Shown piece after piece: positions 35,901 through 47,800 of a DNA stretch of 64,000 bases. Below the pieces are notes generated by a model that saw only the letters and a list, made by a program, of their open reading frames with translations, was not told the origin of the DNA and searched no databases. The stretch's first letter is position 1. Every line of letters begins with the position of its first letter. This DNA comes from Psilocybe cubensis (taxonomy: Eukaryota): positions 1,178,001-1,242,000 of the forward strand of contig CM039003.1 in the NCBI GenBank assembly GCA_017499595.2, read 5' to 3'. A program made the position numbers and the translations under genes.

Positions 35901-38510
35901 CTGTCTGTAGTCTACAGCTACGGGGACACCTATCAGCGGGTAAGACTGGAGATTTTTCTTGGATATTTCAAGATCAATATAATCCTTATGGTTAAGTTTC
36001 AACCATTCCAGAGCATCTGCGACCTTATTGCGACGCACTAGCATTGGACTACGCTTGAACTCTTCTTCCGTGGGTTGGGTTGGTCCTGTAAATATAAAGG
36101 CAAGTACCTCGTCAAGTTCTGGCTTTGAAGGAGGTAATTCATGATACACTTTCAGCGTTGGATTAGAGTACATGATGACATTTGCTGTCATTTTAGCCCG
36201 CCCAGAGGAAACTCTGACCAGACAGCGATTATGCCGAATGCGAGCAATCATCATGCGCTCTGCAAACGAAAGATCTTGCAGCTGAGAAGGTATTTTACCT
36301 AACCACAAATGATTTGCAAGCGAATGTCTCGGCACATGACCTTTTTTCAACGCAGCAGAGCAAGTATCGCATACATGGTTACATGCAGGATCGATCACAG
36401 GGCCCGGGATGTCCTTCACCGGGTCGTCAGGATGTAATCTCTCTACACGGGTAGCTCCCTCAACTGCGAGTATGTCAAGGGGATGATCAAACATAGACAA
36501 GTGAGTTAAATTATGCAAAGGCTGCAGCAGACCGCAGACCATGCAGCCTGCTTCCTCCAGTAGAGATGCAGATGAATCAGCGCAAAATCCATTGATGATT
36601 TCCTCTATCAGAAGCTTTGACGGTGGTTGTGGCGGAAACACATGGTCGTTTGAAGTGTGGTCAGAGTCTGATGTGGATACAAAAGCATCACCGTTGAGCA
36701 TGTCAACATCGGAATTAGCAGATTCTGCGCCTGCCTGCCTCTGACGTTCTCGAGATGCTCGTTTATGTAGAACATTTTGGTTACGATTATGCATGATTGA
36801 CTCTTCTGAATTGACTGTACTAGGTATTGCCTCAAAGATATATAAATGAGTGGAACATATACCACATTCATGACCATCTGTTAATTTTATCAGAGCAGAT
36901 TTTTTGGTCTTGGAATTAAATGATGTAATACCGTGTTCTTTCAGTACATCCCGAAGCTCGCTTGAAGTGAGCCATTTGGTTGCACTTTGTATAGAAAATC
37001 GACAAAGAACTAGACGGCGTTTGTGGGGTGCGGACGCTTCGGCAGAGAGAAATGACTCTAAATCACGTATGTACGGCATATACCTAACGAACTTGTATGT
37101 ATCACTATAATTAAACGATGCTGTGCCACTATAGGGTACAATATGACTTTCTATTAAAGCAGATGAAACGAAGCGAGAAAAATTTACAGCACTGTCTGTA
37201 AGTTCAAACTGCCGATCTGGATTACAAGAAGATGAATTGCTCTTAATTTTTCTATCTGACACTGATACCACACGTTCAAAAATACAGACATTACGAAGGC
37301 AAGTTCCGCACACATGATCACGCAAAAGTTCAATGGCATTGCCTCTATTTGTGGTTGAATTGATGCCGTACACTCCATGTAAACTTGCAATAGACCTAAT
37401 TTCAGAAACAGACAGCCAACTAGCAGTGTCAAAGAGAGAGAACCTAGCAACTATTAAATCAGATATATTGTCAATGGAAGTTGAAATGTGAGCGTCTGTA
37501 GCAAGGTACTTCACAAATCTGTATTTAGTTTTAGCTTGAACGGAGGCACATCCCGTATCTTGTACCACACGGTATCGCAAAATCTCTGAGCTGACAACCT
37601 TTGAAACACCGCCACCTCCGCCTTGCAAGACATCGGAAGGATGATAGTATGAGCATTCAGAAACATTAGCAGTAAATGAGATGTAGTGGAAATAGTTGAG
37701 ACCGAATAACCAGGAACACTGAAACGGATACATTAGAACGCCCTTCGATACTATATTAATGAAGGGATATTTCTCTGACCAAAGACGAGGTTGCGTGTAA
37801 TGTCTGTCGAGCGTGAATTGATGCAAGGCGCATCTTGGCAAAATGGCTACCAGGCACCTATTATATTCCCACTTCCTGAGATGATTACGTTGGAGCAACA
37901 GAGATACTAAAATAGAAACTCTACGTGTATACGTTGCAGGCGTGAATCTTAACCACAAATAAGCCGACATTGAATGACAATCAATATATATGAAGCGGCG
38001 AAATTGCGAGTGCAACAAACGCACATTTCCATACGAGTGGGACTGTTTGACGGGTATCTCAGAAGCGGACGTAGTAGTACGATTCAAGCAATGCATAACA
38101 TGAACTAATACTACAGTAAGACGCACTCTACAAACTTTGTGCCCACTTGATACGCTGCTAGATCTAGTACATGTACGACTACGCAATAGATTATTGCCAG
38201 GAAATCGAACATCGTAGGTTGGAAATTCCCCACAGGGTAAGCAAAAGTCTATTGACCAATTATTTGTTTTAAACAACTGTTGATTGACAGCTATACAACT
38301 ACTAAGCATCGATATTGTTCGAGAATCACCAGCATAATTGGATGCGTTCAAGGAGTGTACATTAATGCAACATTGTATGTGGCCACATAGGATTCCTACA
38401 AAATAGCGACAAATGTCAGATCATACACAGTACACATAAGGAGAAGATAACTCACCCCAACCAGAAACTAAAATAAAAAGAGCGTAGAAATGAAGTGATG
38501 CGGCGAGCAT
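29994..38510 (-). CDS. Helitron RepHel transposase: HUH-Y2 Rep + PIF1 helicase + C-terminal USP-like Cys peptidase
   Basis: Open frame of 2785 codons plus an in-frame first exon (38510-38456; intron 38455-38396). DUF6570-like SLANHLWLGKIPSQLQDLSFAERMMIA; Rep motifs WFITLS, YGTVEQQGRLTLHLHMLLW, YISDYISK; helicase GMGGTGKS, APTGTAA, IDEISM, GDFAQLPPV, MTDYSSQGKT, YTCVSR. Confidence 0.95.
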
Positions 38511-39043
38511 ATATAAAAGAGTAATGTAAGTTTCAAGGTAAATAGATATGTTCACTAGTCTGATGGATATGAGTGTGAGATCGATCAAGGGGGGGGGGGG
38601 AGGAATGTGTAGGAATAATTAAAGGAATCGCATCGAGGACCCTCGATTTATATAAGTAGACACTGACAACAGGTAACACCGGGTAACTCTGTGTAGCGTA
38701 CGATTATTGACAACGGGCGCTTAAATTTTGGCAGAGGGGACACGCAAAGGAAAAGCATATGTCCAACTGTAATGCCATGATAATATGTATGTATTATTAT
38801 ATCGGGAGAAATTTGTACGGAAGACAAGTAGAATATGATACGAAGCAGTTGATAAGACAGAATACTAACTGGATATTCAAAGATACAGGAAGCAGAGTAC
38901 AAATGACACGAAGAAAGAACAAAAACATTGAAGTAATAGACTACGCGACGTATATGATACCAAAAAATAACAACAGATAGCAAGGAGAATGTAAATAATA
39001 CCATAACTATGTGTATTAAAAGACATTAGGTTTAATGAAATAT

Positions 39044-42000
39044 TCAGTCTTCATCAAAACCTGCAAAGGACTCCTGTTCTGCCTCTATGTCGCTGGTATC
39101 GTGTTCCGTACCGAACACAACGGCATACTGTATGTTGGTACACAGATGAAATGACCGTTCCTTCTCGTATTGAGTCATAGTGTACGCCACCATAACAAAG
39201 GAGTTAGGTGGAATCTCTCCGCGACGCCATCTAGGTAGCAATTCGTCTAACCGGTCGAGGTCAGTGTTGAAATTGAAGGCATGGTTACGTGAATCATATA
39301 TGGGAACTAATATATGACATTGTCAGTGGTTTGAAGCACATACAATGTTGATAACTTACTAGTGTCGGTTGAATCCATCATGGTCTTGAACCTGGTGCTT
39401 GATTTAAGTGCTTTTCGGCTTCCTCCTTGGAGTTTGGCATCTTTCTGTCCAGAAAGTATGCCGGGTGTCCTAGGAGGTTTTGAAGGAGAGATTGATTCCC
39501 GCTCCGCTATTTGAGTGAGTGTCTGAGTGAGTACAAAAAGAAAAAAAAAAAAAAGTAAGCATATGTGCCCACTGACATTTAACTCCCATAGTGCCAAAGG
39601 TGATTGCCTTATCACGGATAGAGGCTACCATAACCTGATGTCCGAACGCCATGCAAGCAAATCCAGCGAAGCGTTCCCACTCCTGGTGCATCATGTGACC
39701 AGACAAAAATTTGTTACACAGTCCTTTGGATATCGGCTCCAATAGATACGAATCGCGGGTGAGAATTGCACTCAGGCAGATAGCAGGCACCGAGTTGCAC
39801 TGCAAAGTGGCACGCTTACGATCGTTTCCCATATACAGGATGCTGACGTCCAGAGGCGAAACCCGCGAAGGATTGATAAAGTTCTTGTTCCTTACAAAAG
39901 TCACAGCGTCATAAGCGTTTCTATATAACATAGTAGAGAGAGTAAGCAATACGCATCATTAAGTAAAGTATAGCAAAGGCTTTACGAAACTCACTCAAAA
40001 TTCATCTCAGGGAAATTCTCACCGCAGAGAGAAAAAGAAACACAGTCGACTGGTGCCATGACATTAGGCGAGTTCCATTGCTTGAGAATACCATGCCTTG
40101 AAATAGTCAAAACAAAACATCGATTATCTTAGAAGGTAAAAACTTACTGAAGATTGGGAAGGTCAACGTAAGTGCTTTCTAAAAGACTATCTTGTAAATC
40201 TGTCTTCGTAACTTCGCATTTCTTCGGCAGATGTCTTAAGGTCAGACACAAATCAAGTCAGACAACAGATTGAAGATGACATATGGGTACGTTAACTTAC
40301 TTGACCGAGAAGCGCATGGTATCCTCCATCAGAGCCGGCCCGTTCAATCCAAGACTGGGAGTTTTGTTCACAGGACCGGCAGGCACAACATCCTTGAACT
40401 TGCGGGGAACTCGAACTGGAGTGACAGGTGTAGGGGGAGCTTCAACAGCGGCATTGATTGGAACAGCTGTCAAAGAAGATTGAAACTGCACTTGTCGAGT
40501 TTTTGGCTGTTCAGAAAGACTGGCCATAACCACATCAGAATGCGCGTCGATAGATTTGGCACTGTTGAATAAAGGTAGATAAAGACGATCACATATATTG
40601 GCATGACGGATATTTACCTTATTACAGACGCCTTAAATTGAACAGGGGGGTCCAAAGTCGAATGTTCGGTTTTAAGAGCATCTGCTTCACTGTACTTTTC
40701 ATACGCATCATCGAGCGCTTTGAGCAACTTGCTAGAGGAAGGACCGCTGGGGAGAGCATTGGAAGATGGATAAGTGGTCTGATGCATTCGACTCTCTCTG
40801 ACCGCGTGCCTGATCAAACCCGATTAAGAAGTGATAAAAGAAAAACACCACAAATGAACATTACTGACGCAAACATCATAGCTTCATCTTCGTGAAGATC
40901 GATTGGACCGCTGGGAAGAACAATGCGAATGGATTTGCCTTTTCCTGGAATTCTGTAAATCAAGTTAAGTGATGCTCACGTAGACTTTTAGAGCATACAC
41001 ATACTTGGTGCCCAAAATGACTTCAGGTGACGGCAAGAAGGGGTTGATATCAGAATCAGCATCACCCTGCAAAGTAATGGGTGGAGACAAAACAGCAGAT
41101 CCAGAAATTTCAGACCCAATCTTCAGCGGAGACACCGACAGACTAAGAGCAGGACGTCAGTCAATCGCAATGTGGAATAAAAGAGAACGGTACTCGCTCG
41201 ATCGCAGCTTCCGAACGCCGAGCGGATCTACGAATCCCAACAGAGCCCTTCTTTGAAACGGATGATTTTCCTTTGTCTTTCTTTGTGGGGGTGGACGCAA
41301 CGTTATCCGGTGCAAGAGGGATATGAACATCGACAGACTCTTTCTTAACCATAACTTCAGAGGGCAATACGGACGTGGGACGAGCAGATGCTTCTTGCTT
41401 TATGACAATGCCAGGCTCTTGTTTGATACGGACCGTTTGGGGCATTGTCTTCTGTGGCTTCTTGCCTTTCTGTTTATTCGGTTTTGCTCTGACAGGAGCA
41501 CGAATTGTAATACGCGGATGTGAGAACGTATGACATAATAACATAAAAGATGTAAATGATAAACATACCCGCTGGTAGGATGAACAGAGACCATTTCATC
41601 CGCGGATGAATCATCGACTAATATGGCATCACTAATACCCTTCTGATATCGGGCGTTGGCTCTGTTCAGAGTATCCAACGGTATTAAGCAGAACGAAATA
41701 ATGGCGAGATTTGATACAAGCAGTAAAACTTACGAATTATCGACGACTCGAATGACTTCGACCGAAGAATCACTCGAGTAAGATACGTGATTGACAGTCG
41801 CATCAACGTTCGCGCTGACGGATGTACGACTCTTCTTCGGAGGGGAAATTCGGGCTCTGAGGTAAATATATAACAAAACCAAAATATCAGCATAACATAA
41901 GGGTTATCAGATTGCAATTTCACTAACGGCAACTCCTCATCGGAACAAACGAGCGCAGCATCTTCGATATCGCGTTTCCTATAACGACAATAAAGTAGTC

Positions 42001-42511
42001 AAAACAAAAGAAAAAAAGTGCGGAATGTGCAGCTAAAATCATACAAGCCACTTGTTGACCTGGTCTTCCTAACAAAATTGTCCAACGCATCTGATCCGCT
42101 GCAATACAGAGATAAGAAAACGGAAGGAACGCATGTAAACGACGTGCGTGATTGAAGACACAGGGTAAGATAGTATGGGATACACGTACGCAACAGTCTT
42201 GTTCCCCGGTTTGACGACCTTTGCGGCAGCAATGCGAGAGGCGACGCTGTCTAACGGTCCGTCATCAGAGTCAGTGGCAACAGAAAAAGAATCTTCTTTG
42301 TTGTCGGGTTTGACGTGGATTATGACGTTGCGAATGCCTTTTGCAGGACGATGTCTGTTACAACGCACAACGTTTAAAATCATAAACTGTACATAGAATA
42401 ACATGGAACGGCTTACTTGTATTCAGCAGAGGGCGAGCAATCACCAGCAACCACATCGGCATATGTAGGCTTGGGAGAAGCAGGAGCATAAGCAGAGTTG
42501 ATGGAAACCAT
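39044..42511 (-). CDS. Helitron cargo: many-exon protein with disordered N-terminus and a conserved C-terminal beta-rich (putative OB-fold/SSB-like) domain
   Basis: Starts MVSINSAYAPASPKPTYADVV; more than 10 short introns; NFINPSRVSP, LCNKFLSGHMMHQEWERFAGF, IPIYDSRNHAFNF...LP...EIPPNSFVMVAYTMTQY...LCTNIQYAVVFG, then an acidic tail. Confidence 0.7.
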
Positions 42512-43529
42512 AATGTGATTGAAACGATAAAGAGACTTAGGAATACTGTAGATGATAGAGCTCGAGGCAGGTAGAGCGTCGAAGATGGAAAGCACTAAAC
42601 AAAAAAAAACCAAGGTTTTATAGAAAAGGTTATGAGACAGCATCACAAGAATTCAACATGATAAATACTACTTGGAGAAACATGAAAAACAGAGAAAAAG
42701 GATAATAAAATCCATGAGTTGATACGGAGTAGAAAAATGCAAAGACTAACGCTCGGTACGATAGAAAGCGATGAGTGGAAACGCCTTTAGCGAATACCAT
42801 ACACACTCCCGAAGCCACTGAGACAAGCAAGTCAGCACGAATAAGATATTACGCGTGATGAGCGTACCAAGAGCAAACACCATTGTACAGGAGCGATTGC
42901 CTTAAGGGATTAAAGACGCCAAAAAAAATGATGGACCAAAATTTGATGTAAAAAAAAAGCCGACAGATGATGGTCGCACTACGCATAAAAACACGAAAAA
43001 GGTGAACTAGGCGAAGCGACACGTTGATGAGCAAAGGCAAAGAGCAAGCAAAGCAAGAGGAGCTCCATGAAACGAGAAAAGTAGGCACTCGGTACACCAA
43101 ATCAAGTTAAAGAACAAATGCAATTTAATGAAGCGCGTCATATGAGGAGACGACAACACCATAGATGAACAACCGACCTAATGCCGCGGTCGAGAACAGG
43201 AACACCAGGGAAGAGGAACATATGAGAGCGAAGTAGACAGGGTCAAAACGGCGCCGATAGCGAATAAGCAAGGAGGAAAAATATATGAAAATTTTACAAA
43301 ATGATCGGTGGTAACAACAACCGGAGAGGAGACAAAACATTAACAACCAGTACGAACCAAGCACGACGATGAGAACGGAACAGTAGCAGATTTCGGACAG
43401 AAACGGAAAGATTACACAAGAGGGACACACGAATACGAGTCGGAAAGCGAGAAACATCATAAAACCAAACGGTCAAACAAGGCCAAAAAAAAAAAAAAGT
43501 GAAACAGAATCCCACCCTCAACCAATTGC

Positions 43530-44660
43530 ATGGACCCAAACTATAACCAATACGCTGCGCAGGCCCTCATGGACCAAGGGTACTGCGACGCCCGAAAATC
43601 GATACACGATGCTATGCCGGTGGTAGACTTTCAGGTATTTTACATATTCATATGGATGGACGAACATACTGACGATTCCAAAAACACGATTGACAGCTCG
43701 AAGATCATAGAGTGGTCTACGTAGAACAACCTCGCTCGTGGAGAATTACACGAACGAATTCCACTGAAGAACAAAACTTCTACGTGTACGGCGCAATATG
43801 CAGAAACGAATTGCCGCCTATTAAATTAAGGTAAATGATATAACTATATATACAAAATGCATACCCAACTGACCCAATCGTAGTGACGCAACACCGTCTA
43901 TGAAGAAGAAAGCGATATATCTTCGACAGGGAGTTAGAATTACCGGACTGCGGAGCAACGGATTCAACGACGATGCGGTTAGTATAAAGCATGTACACGA
44001 GATGATGAAGACATACCTCAAAAAGGAAGACATAGAGGTAAAGCCGTGGAACTTAAGCATGTACGAAGGTCATTGGGCGGTCGACGCAAGTACGCGTTAC
44101 TTCACACCTAGAAAGCATGCGCCGACAGAAGCAGGACTGGCGTTCGATATGGGTGTAGATCCAGACGGCGTGTTGGCGCACATGAGAGGAGACGATCTCA
44201 TACACACCATGGACAACAAGGTCGACTATTTGCGAGAAGTCAAAAACGATAACGGTACAAGGTGAGCTTTGTGGTACATCTCATACACAGCGGCATACTA
44301 ACAGTATCCGATCAATGACTCAGCACATCGCGTGTGGTTCCCAGCGTGTTCAAAGTTGGAGACATAGTCCGAGCGACCATAGCATTCATAGGAGTGATGC
44401 ACAAAGACAAAGCTGTCGCGATGACCACAGTTCTGAGAGCGCTTACGCTCATACATGATGTGGTTAGTGAGGCAAGCATGTTCAGGGAAAATGAATAACA
44501 CTGACCTCACAAACAGCAAGACGTACGAAATGGCCCAGCAGAGTTCATAGAGAATGACGCAGAAATCGCGAAGATACCCGTCATGAAGCGCCGTCGAGTG
44601 TATGACGAAGATAGAGAAGTAAGACAAAAGATGGAGGACATGACCATACACAGAGAATAG
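43530..44660 (+). CDS. Helitron cargo: divergently transcribed multi-exon protein of unknown function (possible OB-fold)
   Basis: Spliced MDPNYNQ...FYVYGAICRNELPP|...YLRQGVRITGL...ASTRYFT...VDPDGVL...HTMDNKVDY...|PSVFKVGDIVRATIAFIGV...TVLRALTLIHD|...MKRRRVYDED...HRE*. Confidence 0.75.
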
Positions 44661-45174
44661 AAGAGAAATGAATATCTTATATTAAAAACATTAGTTGTTA
44701 GTATATAACTGCACATTACGCTGACAGAAAGACATAAACAGTTGAAAGACTACATGGCTATCAGGATGGAATCTTCACATCAACATCATTTAGAGCGCGA
44801 TAAAGCAGATAAAGCAGTAGACATATCCACGAGAAATAGACGGCCTAACAGAGACGCATATTGAGGCAGCTTATGCACAATAAGTACAGACAAGTACATA
44901 AAAATATGGTACTGTAGCGAAAACAAAGGAAAGGAATCAAATATAACGACAACGCGCACAGACGGCAACTAACATAGAGGATGAGGAAGAGAGAGAGAAA
45001 AGGGGGAAACAGTCTCACGGTGCGGCATAAACGAGCAGCTCGCGAAAAAATTTCGGCAATAAGCGAATGAACAAAAGATCAGAATACATAAGCAGAACAT
45101 TCATTTTGGGAAATAAATTCCCGCGGAAACGCATACCTGACATTGGCCACCTGAGAAAGGCCTGGGAAAAAAGA

Positions 45175-45203
45175 ACGAGTCTATACTCCGTATAGGACTC
45201 GTA
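45175..45203 (-). repeat. 5' terminal hairpin containing the 5' asymmetric inverted repeat of the Helitron
   Basis: + strand ACGAGTCTATAC-TCC-GTATAGGACTCGT (12-bp stem, 1-nt bulge). It includes AGGACTCGTA, the reverse complement of 21021-21030. Confidence 0.85.
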
Positions 45204-46566
45204 ACAGTTGGATCATTTCAGTGACCGCCCACGAAAGCCCATGAAGTTAGAGTTGGAGTGGGACGTACCATAAACATTTCCCGTCATACAAAACCTCTAG
45301 TGTAAAGAACATCAAGCCATATGGTTTTTTAGTGCTAGTGAAAACGGGGCCAGAGAGACATTTCCTTCCGCAACGGCGGCCGAAAAGGATTCTGTGATCA
45401 CATCACCGCTGAACTATCTGAGACTTTGCCTGCTGGAAAGATCCTCAATTGCGAAATTGCAGAATTCTGCCGAAAGAGAGCACGTATGATTTGGTGGGAT
45501 ATACTTGGCCAACTGCGATGAAGTTGGAATCTTATTGATGACTTTTCTCCGCGCAGGTGTTTCGCTGCTGGACCTACTATAATAAATTTTCAATCGGATT
45601 TCAAATCATGCAGTCATAACTCTTACCATCGTTCGGTAATATTTCCAGGTTCCAGTTGATATCAGTGGTTCAACGTTCAATGTTCGCATACTGATCCAAC
45701 GGTCGTCACCATGGTAAGGTTACAAAACAAAAAGTTATAAAATGCCGTCGCTTTTTTTGCGGCTTTCTAATATTTTTTGGGCGGCGATTTCAAAATCCAT
45801 ACTATCATCAAACACACTGATTCGTTCTTCCGCATCCCGTTTCTCTCCAAATTTTGAATGCAAGCTCTAAAGAGGTGATGTATATATAATGTTATTTTTA
45901 TTGACGGAAAACGGTGCAGAAATGGGAAAAAACGAAATAGTAAGATCGAGTCTGCATCCACTCAATTAGACCCGGATGAAAAATGACAACAGAGTCCTAT
46001 AATAATGGGAATCGGAATTTGTTAAGTAGCTTGCAATGAGAGCTATATTTTCAAAGTATGGTTGATATCAGTGTGTTTAGTACCAGTCAACTTGCTCACA
46101 ATGTAATATATCTGTTTCCACTGCCCTATCTGTGGAGGGAATAGCTCACGGGGGAGGACCGCCGTCCTTCCGCTGGTAATCGGGACGGCTTCATACGCTT
46201 CGTCATCCATCCATTGCCGAATGGGGGTTTTGAGTGACTGGGGGTATGTGTGTCGCCATCCGTTGATTGCATCGGGATGATTGTATAGTCAGTAGGATCA
46301 ACTCGATGCTGGTATGTTTGATACGTTTGTTGGTGAGGTAGAGGAGCTGGAAGATAAGATTAGAAAGTGTACGCATGTTTTAGGTTGTAGTAATGTTGAG
46401 TTATTAGTGATCACCTTCTTGAACATCCGCAATTCCATGGGTGTCCACATCGTAGGAATAGGTACAAAAGCTGATGCTATTATTATTATGTTTGGAGAGT
46501 GTGGGGTCTGGGTCTGGTTGACAGTTATACATACAACACCTAGGCAACTTCCATATATTTTACAAA

Positions 46567-47700
46567 TCAACACGCGTTCAAAGCGTCTCCTGGCAGGATT
46601 TTGCCAAATATTCCGAAGCTCTGTTCTATCGCTCCGCCATTCTTCCACAGCTGATCATCGTATTCGAACGCAAATATCGTCATGCTTGTATCACGAGCGG
46701 GCGCAGTTGATGCTTGAGATTGCATTGTGTTCATCGGGTACAGATGCCACTGCGTTTCGGTTATTTCCACCTCTGGATGGCCAACCAGACCTGAAACGAT
46801 TCAACGTGAGTCAGTGAACTGGGCTTAGATGCGAATCAGATGACATACTCAGTTATATATATCTTCTTCCCGGGGCACGCAGCCTGCAACGCGGGCTTGA
46901 CAGTGTTGTAAAGGAAGCTACCAGCTTGACCCGAGTTGACACCACCATCAAAGAATGCACTACATTTCAACAACGACATATTAGACATGTTCACCCCGTG
47001 AAAAGTAAAATTAGTATCCGTACTGTGCATTTGCCCCAACAAAGTCAGCACCACACAGAGCGGGATTGTTTCGAATGTCAACCCAAGTGTGCACCGTGGA
47101 AACGGGTGTTTGGACGCCCACAGATTTCAGGTACCCTGTGACAGAACAATAAGAAAATGCAAAAAGATTTTCGAAATGATAGAATAGGCTTACCTCTGAC
47201 GCTGTATACTTTTGCCATTATATTACCAACAGAATCTTGAACCTACAGAAATCGGTCGACTTTTTGTATGGCAAAGGGCTTCCAGAAGTGATGGCACCAA
47301 CCTCATTCCCAATGGTTAGGCCGACGTATCGGCCTGCCCCGTATTTGGTATACGCTGCACGGAATCTCTGTACATCATTGCTAGAACCAAACAGCTGTTA
47401 GAGCCAATTTGAATACCATATAAAAATGAGTTCGTACTCAATCTGACTTGAGCTAGCTGCAATAGTTCCCTGCAAAGTAGATGATTAAGGCGAAAGAACA
47501 ATCATTTGAGCAACTATTTACAAATTGTGCAAATATTCCGGCCATAATTTGGAGACCCGCGGTGGCTGCAGCTGAGGAAGCGAGCTCAAGAGCACTGCAA
47601 TCGAATCCGATGATGCGTATTATTTTGAATCCCTGGCTTTTGGCATCATTGACCAGTTTGTTCCACTATACGGGCAGGTTAATATCGGATAGCTATTTAT
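46567..47700 (-). CDS. Glycoside hydrolase family 17 beta-1,3-glucanase/transglucosylase, paralogue A (5' end lost in gap)
   Basis: GFKIIRIIGFDC, YVGLTIGNE (acid/base), VGANAH/AFFDG, KKIYITE|SGWPSRG (nucleophile), FAFEYDDQLWK...EQSFGIF. Confidence 0.85.
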
Positions 47701-47800
47701 NNNNNNNNNNNNNNNNNNNNNNNNNNNNNNNNNNNNNNNNNNNNNNNNNNNNNNNNNNNNNNNNNNNNNNNNNNNNNNNNNNNNNNNNNNNNNNNNNNNN
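47701..47800. other. Assembly gap (100 N placeholder)
   Basis: Run of exactly 100 N. Confidence 1.

Larger units (their letters stand above)
20989..45203 (-). mobile_element. Full-length ~24.2 kb Helitron2/Helentron-type (HLE2) rolling-circle transposon, copy 1
   Basis: Encodes RepHel. Identity with copy 2 starts at 20987 (AACTTGAG). 10-bp asymmetric inverted repeat TACGAGTCCT (21021-21030) / AGGACTCGTA (45194-45203). Hairpins at both ends. Flanked by A-runs on + (TT target on the element strand). Ends uncertain by 1-2 nt. Confidence 0.9.

Noticed and set aside
38349-38351. TTG start of the 2785-aa ORF given in the ORF track
   Set aside because: This is a eukaryotic gene; an upstream ATG exon splices in frame through a canonical 60-nt intron.
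38589-38600. G12 run ~80 bp upstream of the RepHel ATG as a G-quadruplex regulator
   Set aside because: A single homopolymer with no other support; its length is also unreliable in assemblies.
42600-43500. Hydrophobic Phe/Leu-rich minus-strand ORFs
   Set aside because: Artefacts of the strong A-rich strand skew in the spacer between two divergent element genes.
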